Assembly: GCA_013265495.1 (NCBI GenBank)
Contig: MU061579.1
Location: 5,207,146 to 5,271,145, forward strand
Direction of reading: 5' to 3'
Source of the DNA: Vicugna vicugna
Lineage: Eukaryota
Length of the DNA stretch: 64,000 bases
The first letter of the stretch is position 1. The number at the start of each line of letters is the position of its first letter. The notes under the pieces were generated by a model. It was given only the letters and a program-made list of their open reading frames with translations, was not told the origin of the DNA and made no database searches. The translations under genes and the position numbers were made by a program. Positions 27,146-41,700 of the stretch are shown in pieces.

Positions 27146-29783
27146 CGAGGAAATGGTTACGGTTTAGTGAATATATCTTATCTGTAAAAACAATATTTTG
27201 GAGACAACTAACATGCTCTCACAACCTTACTCCACTTAACGCAGATAAGTGAATACCAAAACTTCAATGCTTTTCCTTAACTCGTTCTTGCTGGAATTAA
27301 TATATTTTTAAGTAACAATAATACATCTTTTACTGTGGTAAAATATATATAAAACTCACCGTTCTATTTTTAGGTGTACAATCAATAATCAGCATGTTTG
27401 TAAAGGAACTAGTAGTTTGTGGACTACCAGCAACTACAACCCTGTACTACTTTCTGTGTGTGGTAATGACATCTAACAAAAAATTAGCCTCCAAATAATT
27501 TCATTGCTCAAGTTTTTTTTGGTGGTGGGGGGAGACTATTTGTATCTTGCTCTCTGTTCATTAATAAAAAAAATTGTATAAAAATATTCCCTTACTATAG
27601 ATTACATCAGTTTAAACCACAGAAGCATAGCCCCTTTAGATTTTGATAAAGTACCTTGGTAATAAAATGAGCACTACTTTACAAAAATCATAGACCAAGC
27701 ACTCATCATCTCTCAGGTCTTCTACTTGGAAGGGTCCATAGGCTTATCTCACTATCCTGTCTGGGTTTATTTATTTATATTTTTATAAATAAGCACATTT
27801 AAATCTAGAGAGATAAGGTGAACCAGAGAAGCCTTAGCTATATTAACAGAACCAAGACTAATACCTAGGTTTGTGTGCCCTGTGATCTTCCCTCTACTGA
27901 TAAAAATCTCTCTTTACACTTCAGCAAATCAATGAATTAGAGAATTTCAGAATGCTATTTGTTCATTTTTCACCCATTCTGTCATTGTCTCCTTTTCTCT
28001 ACTTGCTTTCTCTTTTGGCTTCTCATTTTGTTTTCTCTTCCTTTCTTCTTTCCTGGCCAAGTTGTGATGCTATATTTGCGTTTCTTCAATTTATTTTCAA
28101 AGCAAGACTACCTCTGGCTGCCAGCCAACCCTTACTCTCTGTGAAGAAGACAAGTGCTATTTGTTATGTGCAATGCTGCTGTTTTCTGTTCTTGGAAAAG
28201 TCAAAGAGAGAAGTATATTCAGCCAGCATTTTTTCCAGCTCATTTGAACAGAGATGTTTCTTCCTCGGATTTCCTTCAGAAACTGACTTAAAGCAAGCTC
28301 AGCCTCTGGCACTCAACTGGACTTTGAAAGCTGTGATTGGGTCTGGCTTTTCAGTTCAGACATGTAACAATTTAATCTGCTGACCTTTTGCCTTCCTTCC
28401 TCATTTTCTAAAAACATTAACCATGGGCAGCCATTTTATCTTAAAGAGTGTTTCGTCCCCTGTGGCATGTTATCTTCACTGAATATATCCAAACAAAATC
28501 AAATGCATATGATCAAATAATGGTTATAGAATGTAGGGAGAGATTACTAACAAATTAATTTTTTTGGAAAATGTTAGTTATAATTAAAGGCCACATCCTG
28601 ATAGCCACTGACTTTACATAGTAATTTAATGAAAAAAGAGTGTTTTTGCTTTTTAAGCTTGTTGTTTTGAATAACTAACAATGAAAGTGGTACTCATAAC
28701 CTCCTGTGAAACAAGGATAGAAAATTGGAATAAAAAATACTACTACTACTACTGAAAACAGAGTCATAGACTTCTAAATGGCTTGCTTTAATACATAAGC
28801 TATATATATCTCTACATATGTATATGTATCTACATGTATATATGTATATCTTTCAGTTAAGAAAGCATTAATTCATGCTTCTCCCCCTAAATAGTTTCAC
28901 ATAGATGAGTGTTTTCTCTAAATGCCATTTGCCTAAATTTTATAACTCTACATCATCATATATGTGTGCTCAGCACATCTGAGCTACATTTTTATTGTCT
29001 CCTGAGTAAGAGTTTGTGTTTCTGCCTCCTAGCCACATTTTGAGATCTAGTGTTCTTTGAGATGGCTAAGAGTATTCCCTGATACAAATTATTTTAAAAT
29101 TAAATTTAAATTTCTGTTCTTTTGATTTTTTTGTTTTATTCTGTATCTTTTTAGATATGAAAGTAATCATATTTTTCTAGCTTTTCACATAATGATGTGT
29201 TGTCCCGATAGAGTCTTACATCTCTTCTGACATGACTTTAAAAACGATGGTTGTATGAACTTTCATTTTTATGTATTTAAAGAGGTCAACCCTAAGTTAA
29301 ATTAGTTGGATTAAAATGCTGGATGTTTCCATAGAGAGGATTTGATTTTCCAAAACCTCAGGCATAAATTAAACCAGAATGTTAGCCTACCTTTGAGCAT
29401 AAGTGAGCTATAATTGAATATATAATCCCTAATTCAGATTTCACCTGGGTGTTTTGGACTCATATCTATTTTCTAGCTGCACTTGATAAGTACTTTGGAG
29501 AGGATTTGGAAACAGAATCAAAGTAAAGTTCGAATTCTTTCTGGAAAATGAACATCATATTTCCATAATTAACTTGATTGTTTACAAAAATTTGTATGTA
29601 CATAGCATAGTTTCCGAAGCCTTTGAAATTTTGAACCTGTGTAAGAAGGTAGGCAAATGACTAGAAAAGTAGGGTGTTAATAGAAATCTTTTTTTTGAAA
29701 ATCATCTACAAACTGACCCTGTTTTTTTCTATATTACTTTAACTTTTTCACTCAAATGTACAGATTAGGTATTAAGTTTTAGG

Positions 29784-29807
29784 GTGTGTGTGTGTGTGTG
29801 TGTGTGT
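29784..29807. repeat. (GT)n microsatellite
   Basis: Visible gtgtgt run. Confidence 0.9.
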
Positions 29808-32239
29808 ACATATGTATGTTTTTAATCTGGTTGCCAAGATACTAAAATAATCTCTTATGGGATTTGTGTCCAAAACTTAAAGATTTAAACAAATGGATAA
29901 ATTCTCAAGTCAGGCATCTGCCCCATATAAATTTCTTCAATACACTTAAGCATAAAAATGTCACATTTTGTTATATTTATAAACCAAATTTGATCTTGTT
30001 CAACTACTACCTGCTAGAATTAATAGGATATATAATCTCATCATTAGTGGTAAGAGGCTCTTTTTTCTTTTTGAGGAATTAAAAAAAAAAGAAAAGAAAG
30101 AGAAAAAAAAAGGAATAAGCAAACCAAGAGAACTGGGTAAAGAATTCTGATTTTCATTTTACTGTGAAGACAATTTAAGACAAAGACCAAGACTGTCTTT
30201 CCTGAAATATAATTTAATTGGAACTTTGTCTCCCCAAAATCCTATCACCATCCAAAAACCAATACAAACATCTTTTTGTTTGATTGTTTACTATATAAAA
30301 TCAGTTTCAAGAAAATTAATTCTTTTAACTCTTCAATTTGCTCACCAGTGGTAAACATCTTCCAAAGAGAAACTAAAATGTTGCTATTCTTACCTGAATT
30401 TTTATGGTCTACCTGGAATTCTGCCCATGACAATTATGACCTCCATGCCAAATCACTGAACAATTACTACAGTTTTTAAGACTACAGTGTTTAAAGAACA
30501 TTTGCTCACACTGGAGAACTTGAGGACATTCTGTGTGAGGGACCAAAGGATTCAGACATTCTTGCAATGTGATATCCCTCCATTCATCCAATTTTGAGAC
30601 TAAAACTCTCTTGTCACTTTAGGACAGTCAATTCACCTTGACTTTGCCCAGACTCTGTTATCAAGAATTGAGCCTCTAAGATGTTAAATAAACAAACAAG
30701 CTAATGAAAGACCAAGAAACTTCTTCAGAGGAAAATAAGATGGTTCTATGAACACAGTTTTTTTGCCCAAGGAGAGTGGTTATTAAACTCAACAGAGTGT
30801 AAGCTACACAGAAAGTCCTCTTTCCCTATTATTTCTTGTGATGTTTCTATAGACTCGAGGAAAAGGCTTACTCTAAAAAAGAAACAGATCTTATAAGAAA
30901 TCTAAATCACTGAGCTACAATTCTCTTCCTTCCAGTGGTGAGAATAGGTTTCTTATACATTTCAATGTACTGAATAGAAGATAAACTATGCCAAGACCAT
31001 TAACTTGAGCAGAAGGAGATGGTACTACAGTGGCACAGAAGACCTATAATTCTTAACAAATGGTCATTTATATTTACTTTTTATTGGCCATAATTAAAAA
31101 GAAATAGAGATATGGATATCTGCTTATGTATTTTTCAAAGTTGTTTATTTTGTACAAATTATACTATTGCATTAGAAAATTTAAAAATACTAAAATATAA
31201 TTATTCCTCAGTAAATTCACCTGTAGGTCTTGTGGTACATGATCTGGCCTACAGTCATCTGGGGAAATACACAAGAAAATAAATTTTAATTTAAAAACCT
31301 ACCTCACTTTTGATCAAAGTTTCAAATATAACTATTCACACTTACTAACTGAACTTGGACTTAAATTAGTTTCTCTGTTTAAAAATCAAACAAAACATCC
31401 TCAAATATATCTTAAAAAATCAGTATTTCTAAAAATGAGAATATTCTAAAAATTTAACTCGTATTAATTAAACACAGTATCTAAAAAAATCCCGCAACAT
31501 GTCAGATACTTTGTAGATAATTTGGGGAGATTTATTTTTCCAAATAAGGAAAATCAGCATTGTGTTGAAAATTTGCAGCCTTTGCTGCATTTATTTATCT
31601 AACACATTTGGATTCATCATTCATCTATAAGTAATGGAAGTTACATTAAGGCTATTTCTATACAGTAAAAAATGTCCGACAAAAATGATTTCAATGACTT
31701 AAATTTCACATGCTTTAGAAAATTGCTTATATGACAGTTAGCCATTTGAAGCAATAGAAGTCTCCAAAATCACTGGAAAATTGTTGTTTCTTACATGGCA
31801 TTCATGCATTTCAAATTTATTGTGAACATTTCAGGAGCAATTTTGCATTTTACTACTTATTTTTTGATGAGTTTTATTTTCAAAATATTAGATGAATACT
31901 AATTAAGCGTTTTTCCTTGTATTACATTAAATACTTTTTTATTTTTTTGCCTCAACCACTATTTATTACATGGTATTCTGAATATTAGTACTTCTAATAT
32001 TAACAAATTGTTAAACATTTCTTTTTTGAAGTATGGATTTGTAAGAAAATGTGCCTTTGCTGCTTTGATAATCTATATTTCTCAGCCCCTAGAACCTAAT
32101 AGTAATCCTCAAATTAATAATAGGAACTCAAATATACATTATGTATCTGAAGGGGTGTATTTACTGTTTTTATTTGAACAAACTGAGAGATTAATGAGTT
32201 ATGAAAAAGAAATGAAGTATGTTAGCCTTGATTGGATCC

Positions 32240-32445
32240 TTTTTCTCTAAAAGACTTTATTGGAACAATCAGCAAAACTTGATTAGGTTTGAGTATTTGA
32301 TGGTAATTTATCAATGTTATTTATTATTTTTACTGGCCATTATGTAAGCAATTTATCTGCAAATGGGTGAGGAAAATAAAAAGTTACTTTCATAATTCTC
32401 GTAACTATCCTGGAGGCTTAACGCTATTTCAAAGTAAAAAGAAAA
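32240..32445 (+). mobile_element. Old L1 (L1MC/MD-like) 3' end fragment
   Basis: gactttattggaacaatcagcaaaacttga...tatcaatgtta...tatttcaaagtaaaaag. Confidence 0.5.
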
Positions 32446-33744
32446 CTGGCCAGGGAGTATAGAGTTACATTTTAAAACTCACAGATAAGCATCCATTACT
32501 TGCATTTATATATAGACCTAAGAAACAAAATTTTATTGTTAAATCCAATTTTTTACACGGTTAAATCAATGTTATAATGTTAAAGATATATTTTTAAATG
32601 CTCACAAAAGGTTTGATTCCTGTTAGGGTTAGGGTTATTTCTAAGAATCTTGAAAAGTAAGTACCCTGAATTATTTAATTTAATCCTATCAGAAATGAAT
32701 AAGATCAATTTGAATGGCTGTATGACAGTGAATAGTAAAATAATATCATCCTAGAAAATCTCTTACTATGTGGCACTATTTTAAATACCATATATAATTA
32801 AATTATTTCATTATAATGAATGAGAAAACTTTAAGGCCCAAAGCACTACTTAGAGGATCTCCAACCCCTGTAACAGTCCATGCTCTTTGAATTGGACCAA
32901 ATACAGAAACAGAAGAGAGTAGGGAGCAGATCTTGACATCTACCAATTTCTTGTTCCTTTCAGTTCATACTTGAATCAGCTGAAAGAGCTCAAAAAGACT
33001 ATTTGTGTTTCATCAACATCTGCGCAGCATTCTTGAATTAAGTACCAAATTATAGGTAACTGAGAAGTTTTAACCCTTTAATAGGCATATTATCTCCCTT
33101 TGTAAAATGACATAAAAATGTGTGTAAATCTATATTTATCTCATTTATTACCTTCTTTATAAGCATTATAATTAGATTAGTAGGTTAATGCAGAATTCAT
33201 ATTCGTTAAGGATAAGAAAACACTGCCTATCTTAGAAGTCTTTTGTTATTTAGCAAATTTTTCAGTAATGAAGAAAGCAGGAATACTAATATCAAAAGCT
33301 TATATTTATTGTGATCTTATCTGTTAAATATAAAATTTCTTTCCAGCAAAAATCTTATGTGAAACATCTCATTCTTAATCCTGTTCGGGAGATCTGACTG
33401 TTGAGCTGGCAATCAATCTTTATAGTTTGATATAAATATGAATATTAGATACTTTATTCCTAAATGAAATGTAATGTACTTTTACTTTTAAGAAATATTT
33501 TAGTGAATGTGAAATTATATACACACACTCACACACAGGAGAAAGTGTCATTCTCTCACTTTGCAACAGATTACACTACATGCTTATCTGAACAGAGGCT
33601 CGCATTTAGCAGTCAAAATGGAAGATGACTATGCCCCTTTGCAAGTAACCACAATGCCTATCAGGACAGCAATACCTAGAAGAAATAACAGTGATATTCA
33701 ACAGGTGTCGAGGGACAGCAAGAGGAGCATAAGGGGATATTAGG

Positions 33745-33759
33745 TACCATCTGGTGGCT
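33745..33759 (-). promoter_or_regulatory. CTCF-like motif AGCCACCAGATGGTA
   Basis: Reverse complement of taccatctggtggct; close match to the CTCF core; motif match only. Confidence 0.4.
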
Positions 33760-33869
33760 GACTGGAGTGCATCATGGGCATATGCGAGACTTTTGCTAAT
33801 TACCCCCAGAAATTCTCTGGAATCTTCCAAAGTGGGCATTTCCCCTGTACTCCAAACTTGTACCATCAT

Positions 33870-34590
33870 CTATTTACTTGCTCTTCACACTTGTATTATT
33901 TAATAGTTATCTAAGCCTAACTTGTCCAAAACAGAGCACCCGATATTTGTCAGCCCACCCTATCCAACACTGCTCCATTTCTCTCACACTGTACATGCAA
34001 TCCAGAAACATCTAATTTCAACATGTATCTGGAATCTGGACACTTCTCACCTCCCTGTCTAAGCTCTCCTCTTCTTTCACTGGAGTACTAAATAGTTTCT
34101 TAACCGGTCTTAGTGCTTATACTCTTACCTCTGCCTCTGCTTAACACAGAGATCATTTTCAAATGAAATTTGAATTGTATCACATCTTGCTGTCACCCTC
34201 CCATGACTCCATTTTATTCAGTGAAAAATCATAGCCTTTATAATGGACTCTGAAGTACCACCACATCACTGGTCCCACCCACACACATTACCTCTGACCT
34301 TTCTGACCTTTATTTCCTCCTACACTTTGCTCAGTAGATAGGCATTAGTGTCATGACTATTTTCAAAAACCTTTTTCTGCCCTTTCCCCCACAGTCCCTA
34401 TCTCCCTTAGCCCATTCTAAAGTTATAGCATTTATGACTTCATAACATACTATAAAATTTAACCACTTATTGGCTATCTCCCCTTACCAGAACATATGTT
34501 TCACAAGGGAAGAAAGCTTTACCTTATGTTTAACTGATACATATCCATTTCTTGCACTCAATAAGTATCTACTGAACGACTGAATAATTA
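33870..34590 (+). mobile_element. L2 LINE 3' portion
   Basis: Pyrimidine-rich L2-like sequence (aacttgtccaaaacagagc; ggaatctggacacttctcacctcc) ending gcactcaataagtatctactgaacgactgaat. Confidence 0.75.
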
Positions 34591-35814
34591 GATTAGAAGG
34601 CACTAGACATAAATTATGAATAGAATCATTTCTAAGGTGCTTCAGAAAAATTTTGGTGAGGAAATGACCAACTCAACTTTTCTCTCACTTTGTCCTAAGT
34701 TACCACAAAGAACAAATAGTACATTTTGAGTTAAGAAATTTTCTATCAGTATTTTTTTAATGCAAGTTCTTAGAATCAACAGAATCATAAGCTCTTCCTT
34801 AAAGATGAATTAGGCACTTTGGGTGGAACCATTACATATTTATATTGCATTTTTAATGTTTATAAATACAGATTGTTTTATAAAAATTATCCCTATCTTA
34901 GCATTATTATTAGCAAAGTTTTTGAGGCTTAATTTATATTTGGTTGAATATCAGTGAACTTTACATATATATTAGATGAAATAAATGTATACAATATTCT
35001 TAATTTTTATAATACATGAATAATCATACATGACTATGCTTTCCAAGGCATAATAACAGAACCATATAAGATCTTCTATAAACTATATGACATTTAAGTG
35101 TGAAGAAATGTCATCTTCATCTCTCTATAGCCAACATCCAGCATTATATTTGTGCATATTTAACATTTGAGGAACATATGAGAAAAAAAATATAAGACCA
35201 GCATGGTTTTCAATAATGAGGTAAATTAAACATAGCTATGTAAATTGGCACATAGTAAAAACAAAGCAAAACCCCTACCCAACATGTTTTACTGTTTGCT
35301 ATGGAATATTTCAACAGTGGCTTAGCTACTACGTATCTGTGTGCTTGTTTACTCAACACATGATTTATAAGTGTCCTGAATTAAAAAGTAAAACAAAAAT
35401 CAAATGTTCCAAACGAAAGCATGTTGAGGTTCTCTTGACTTAAAAAGAGCAAGATCTCTAATCTTTTTATAAATATTATTTAATCTTGTAATTTTAAAAC
35501 TGATTTAATCTTTATCTTGGGTGGAGTAGAGATGGGAAAGGTGGATGAATGTATACATATTTATCCCTACATGTGAATATATATGAGATAGATGGGTAAG
35601 TTTCACAGGCCAGCCTAATAAATCAATCACTACTTACAGTATTTATATAAAACATATCCCACTGTTTTAAAAACTAACTTGCTAGTTGATTTTTAGGAAA
35701 AAAATAACTTTTTTTAGTTGGAGACAGAATTAGAATTTTTTTTTTTTGGTTTTAGAACAAAATCTTAATCACAGCTTATTCTAATAAAAAAAAATCCAGT
35801 ACTTAAGATACCCT

Positions 35815-36165
35815 GACTATGGAAAGATTAGCCAGAATGGACAGAGCACAGAGGAATTTTAGGTCAATGAAAATCCTCTGTATGGCACTATTATGATAGA
35901 GACATGTCATTATGAACTTGTCTAAACCCATAGCATGTACCACACCAAGAACCCTAAGGTAAACTTTGGGACTTTGAATGATAATTGTAATAAAAATATC
36001 ACTCTGAGGGAGTGGGAGTGGATGTTGATAACAGGGAAGGTTGTATGTATGTGGGAATAGGAGGAATATGGGAAGTCTTTGCACATTCCTCTCAATTCTG
36101 CTGACAACCTAAAACTGCTCTAAAAAAAAAAAGTCTTAAAACTAAAAATTAAAAAAAAAAACAAC
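35815..36165 (+). mobile_element. L1MC-type 3' end with A-tail
   Basis: gcacagaggaattttagg...gaaccctaaggtaaactttgggacttt...aacctaaaactgctctaaaaaaaa. Confidence 0.85.
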
Positions 36166-38308
36166 TTGAATAACCAGACTTAAATTTCTATGTCTGACAT
36201 ACTTTTCTAAGAACACAGATTTTTATTTTTCATACTACATAAAAGAGTTTGAGCTACAGTATTTACTATATTACATGGGTAAGAGTATAAGTAAAATCTT
36301 GACAATACCATCTGTTCTAAATTTGGTAAATTTAAAAAGCCTACATCATACATAAAATATTATAATCAATAACATCACCTCACTTTAGTCAGTTCCACAC
36401 CTTAAACTGTTTCTAGTGAGATATTTTTTCAAATTTCTATTAACTATAGTAAAGAAATTCATTTAATCTCTTCTGAATCTTAATTTTATAGCATCAAATC
36501 TGAGACTTCAGCAGTTCTCACTTTTTAAAAAAAATTTCTTCATTCATGCCTTATCATTGCCTTCCACTACTACCGAAATTCTTTATTGCTATTTGGAGTT
36601 CTCCCTAGGACATTTCCTTTGTATGCAGTACAAAATCTGCTAGTTAATGTTCTCTTTAATTTGCAACCTCTGAGATATTCACAAAAACTGCTAATTAAAA
36701 GCAGTTGAAAATAGTCTGACTCACAGATACAGCTGGATTGAGCTGAGTGGGAGGGTAGCATAGATAATTGTTTGTTAACGTCTTAATTTACTTTTAATGG
36801 AGAAAGTGAAATCCTTCGTTTAATTTACATTTGTTTCTTCTCTTTAATTATTTGTTGTACTAAATTTTCACTTTTTAAAACTAAACCTTGCACAATTATA
36901 TAAAAAGTTACATGTTATTTAATGTTAACTAAATTCTTAGATTCTACGATCATGAAATAACCTTAATAAATACAGTTTGGAGAACTTCAGACTGAAACTC
37001 ATTGTTTCTTATAAAAGCAGTAATGATGGTAAACCCTATAAATGTGAAAAGAAATGAGTTCCCAAGAGTAGAGTTGTTCACTTATCACATAATTAGCTCT
37101 CATTAATAGAAAATGACAATATTATAATTGAAAGAAATTCAATCCTCTAAGCCTTCTTTCCAAGGTTCATATTAAAATGCATGAAATCTTAATTCCTAGC
37201 AACAATAATAAAAATTTAAATGTAAGTTAAATTTGTGCTGTGAACTAAGTGTGTGTGTGTATATATATATAAAACGTAACTATAAGAAGATTATTCATCA
37301 TCATGTTGGCTACATATGTGTTTTTTAGATATCAGTAAGGTTATATTCTATATTTTTCTTCTTGAATATTACATGAATTCACATGCTATGTTACTATTTA
37401 TAAGTCATATTCACTGAATTTAACTCATCTTATTATATTTGTTTATATATTATATGAACTCTCTAACTTGCAGTGGCTATTTCTAATATCTGTGGCTTGA
37501 GGTATCTTACAAAAAAGTATAAGTTGGACTGAAAAAAATCTTAACAGTATGTTCATTTTGACCTTAGGAGTCTATACTGAGAATGTTTCCCATGAAAAAG
37601 TTATTGGGAAGGCTGAGTGGTTAACAAATGATCAAATCCTAAGGTCATATTAACCTTGGTTAATTCACCATTGTCATGAGTCTGAGTCTAAGTCCAGCTG
37701 CGTTAAGATCTCAATTTCTTCTGTACTAGAATGGACTACAAACGAGGAAGCTGACTCGTATTCAGAAAATGCAGAACACACCAATATGTGACCCACAATG
37801 TCAACATGTTAACTTAAAGTACATTTATTTCAAAAGTAAATAAAAAACAAGATATATTGTCAGACATATTTTATCCTTTTGAGTAAGTGATGTGCGAAAT
37901 ACAATGACCAGTATGCTTTTAATTAAGCATGGTATTAGCAAAAGGGGAGATATATATATATATATATAAAATTATTAAAGGTATGAGCTCTGGGATACTT
38001 ACAAGTCACGATTTTTATAAGTAGTTCAATGTTTGAATCATATTTTGAGAAGCATATTTCAACAACAAAAAATTTTAATATTTAAAAAAAATAAAAGTCT
38101 TTACTTGCTTCTCTGATCCCTTTACTGGGAGAAATATAATTATAGCAATATTTCTTAAAGCTTTCTCCTGCCCATCTCCCAACTGAGATCCCTAATCAAA
38201 TACTCCCCTCAACCTCTCAGACATTTCATCTTCCAAGAAAAAAAGAAGAGCAAGAGATTACTTTTTATAAAAATGAAACATGTTTATTATCACAAAACCT
38301 TATTAATA

Positions 38309-38387
38309 CAGGTCCACAATCTCTTACCCGAAATCCTTAGGGCTACATGTATTTCAGAATTTAGAATTCTTTGGACTTTAGAAAGGC
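38309..38387. mobile_element. MER46C-like Tigger terminal fragment
   Basis: TA + caggtccacaatctcttacccgaaatccttaggg...tttcagaatttagaatt. Confidence 0.65.
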
Positions 38388-39509
38388 ACAAAGATGTGGA
38401 TGCTTTTATCATTAATATGAGGATACTGAAGTTTCTGCTGCTGCTAATGAGGATGCTGCTGCTGCTAATGATAATAATGCTTAAACTAATCACTGCAGCA
38501 CCTGCTACCCCTCTCCTGTGTCCTTATCTATCACACACATCCTACACATATGACTAAAGAGACTTGGGTTTTTTCCCTCGTTTCATTCAAGAAACTTAGA
38601 GTCAGGCAGCTTAAAAAATTGATAAACTTCCATTTTTAGTTAGAAGCAATTCCAGAATTCAAATTCTGACCCTCTCTCTCTAAATCTAGGATTCACCATA
38701 ATCTCCGTAATAATACTATGTTTCCAGAATATCTACTAGAACTTTTACCTTACTGATTTTTTATTCTGTTTTTTTTTTCAACCTATTCAGGTTTCTGACC
38801 CTGCAGTCAATTGATCAGTAAAAGGTTATATAAAGCCTAACTATGGTGTCACCCTTTGTTGAATTCTAAGCAGTTGTAAGAACTCAGAGTCTAAGTAGGC
38901 ATGCATCTCATGCATTCCTGTTCTGCATTTGTATTTGACCTATATTTTATTCTCTTCTCTACCAGTCCCTTTTAGGTTGAGGGACACAAACTATATACAG
39001 TGTAGGTATGTCCTTCCTACTTATGTCTGGATCTTCCTCAAAACTCTTATGTGCTTGTTTGTTATCAGAGTACAATGGAGAGAGAAATCACAGAATAATT
39101 TGAATAGGGAAAGTGTGATATATAAATTAATTAATGTTAACAGAGAATCAGAATAATAAGGAATGAGAGAGAACTCTACAGAATAAGAGAAGATATAATG
39201 AGTTCAAGGAAGAGCCCCCTCTTAACCTTCAAAAGATGAGTTTTCCAGAGATTTTTGCTAATGAACCAATGTCTCTCATTGGGAGAAAATGTGACATGGC
39301 ACCACATCAGGGGAACTTGATGACTTGTTGAAAATCTGCCACTCAGAAATTTCTGTAAATATACCACATAAGACTGTTGGGGAATCAAAAGACTTGCATT
39401 TTATATTTTTTTTTCCTTTTTTTATCATCATCCATATAACTTGGTAAAAATTAATCTTGAATTTCATTCCTCACTATGATGAGCAACCCCATTGTATCCA
39501 GTCATTGAA

Positions 39510-41700
39510 AGCAGCTATAAGAACCTTCTAAATTATGAAAACAACAAATGAATAAAAAATAGACTGAAAGTATCAGAATCCAACAAAGTTCCCAGAACTT
39601 GAGAGTAAAGACCTTATAGAGGTTCACCGAGGTTGCATTCAAAGCAGCCTTCTCCCTGAAAAGCTATTTGCTACCTTTGTGAATGTCAAGCCTGATAGCA
39701 GAGCATGATCTCAGTGTTGTTGCCACTGAGCTGGTGCAACATTGAAGTTCATGGATACCAGAGCAATGAGGATTTAAGAGGAAAGAATGGCAGAGAACTG
39801 GAACTATGGAAGTTGATCCAGGTCTTCTGGATACAATCCCTCAAAAGGCATTAACCAATTCCTAAACTGGGCATGTCTAGAGTAAAAGGTCAAAAACAAC
39901 AAAGAAAAACAGCTGCTGAGAGAAAAACTATACTTAAGGATCTGCAGTGTCAGAGTTCTGGGGCAACAACTGATAGACCTGAAATCTTAAAAAGGAAGTC
40001 AGACCCTGCAACCACTTCAGGTTCATAGTTCATAGTTCTAAAGGGTTATTCCCTATAAGAAAGAACCTATAAGAAATAGAAGAATTTTCACAAACTTTAA
40101 AGCTTCAAGTATTCACAATCATTATTAAAGCAAGGTGATTTGCATGTGTGCTATCTGCCTGAAGAGAAAAAGAGTTTTCTCTGAAGGATGATAATACTAT
40201 CCAGAAACTAATACAGAGACTTAACTTATCACTTTAAGTACACAAAATCTTACCAACCATGCCAGCAAACAAAGTTCAATGAAGGAAAAAACAGATATAG
40301 AAAGATACAAACATAAACCAGGTATAAAAAACTGATTAGATTATAAGAAAAGCAGAAAAGATGAGTGTGGTTTGGTTGAGTCATAATCTCTCCTCAGCCT
40401 TTATAATCTTAATTACATGGAATTAAAAAAATACAGAATCATGAGAAATTAAAAATGCTAAATCACTTCATTACATTAATAGCGTCAAAACAAGAGAAAG
40501 TGATGGCCTTTAAACTATAAGAATAATTGTACCATATGGAAAAAAAAGATGACTTCGAATTCACACCATGTACGAAATCAATTCTAGATGGATCATAAAC
40601 AACAATCTGAAATGTGAAACCAGAAATGTTATGTAATACCACATACAGAATGATATTTGGATAGGTTACTAGTTCCTCAAAACACTACACAGTATTTACT
40701 ATGAAAGAAAAGACTGATAAATTGAACTTTATTAAAATTAAGAAATTCTTAATTCTTTGAAAAACAATTTTGAAAGACTGGAAATGGCAATCCACAAATT
40801 AGAGTGAGATATTTGTAATACAAATAACCAATTAAAGATTCATAAAAATACATAAAAAATAAGTGCAAATCAATAATGAAGAGATAACTACATCTAAAAC
40901 AAAAATGAACAAATGAATTGGACAGGCACTTTAACAAAATGTTATCCAAAAGTAAGCTTAGGAAAATATGCTTAACATAGTTATTAGCAAAACACAAATA
41001 AAACTATAATGTTATAAAAGAATTAGAATGGTTACAATTAAACAAAAAACAGCAATACCAAGTGTTAGTAGGGGTATAGAGTAGTAAGAACTCACACACT
41101 TCAAAGTGTAAATTGCTACAAACACTTTGAGCTGGATAGCAGTCTCTACCAAAGCTGAACATAGGTATACTTAAGATCAATTCCTAGATGTATTTTAGAA
41201 ACTTATATATACACTTAGAAATCTGTATATACATTACCAAAATGCAAGAATATTTAAGAAGCATCATTCATAGCATCTCAAAACTAGAAATGACCAAAAC
41301 TACCAGAACACTAAAATAGATAAAAACTTCAGAATTACTAATAAAGTGGAATATTATACAGTACTAAGAATAAATTATAACTTTCTATAACACAGATGAA
41401 CCTAACAGTGCTTAGTAAAAAAATTTTAGAAAATCCATAATAGAATAATGAACACTGACCATGTTTGAAAACATGCAGGATCATTTTCATGGTAGTAGAA
41501 AAGTGGCTGCATTTTTGGAAGGGCTAGTAACTGATTAGAGCCATAAGGGAATATGCTGGAGGCTGGTATTAGTCTGTATCTTGATTTATTTGATAATTCT
41601 ACAGAAATGCTTACTTTTAAAAATCCAGTGATCTATCTACTTAAAATGTATTCATTTTAGTTTGTGCCGGTTTTGTTTCAATTTAAAGGCAAAAGATAAA
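39510..41700 (+). mobile_element. Old, fragmented L1 (L1ME/L1MD-like)
   Basis: L1 ORF2 3' and 3'UTR motifs from ~40540 (tcacaccatgtacgaaatcaattctagatggatcata; gataaattgaactttattaaaattaagaaatt; aataccaagtgtt). The 5' part is less certain. Confidence 0.6.

Noticed and set aside
27952..28410. 143-aa plus-strand ORF, and coding-looking purine-rich minus strand (ENEEGRQK...ELEKMLAEY)
   Set aside because: The plus ORF is low-complexity F/L/S. All minus frames contain stops and I recognise no homolog; blastx would settle a pseudogene origin.
32622..32637. gttagggttagggtta telomere-like repeat
   Set aside because: Only about 2.5 units, which is expected by chance.
38405..38480. Short tandem duplication (ctgctgctgctaatga) giving ORFs on both strands
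   Set aside because: Trinucleotide slippage next to a MER46C fragment.
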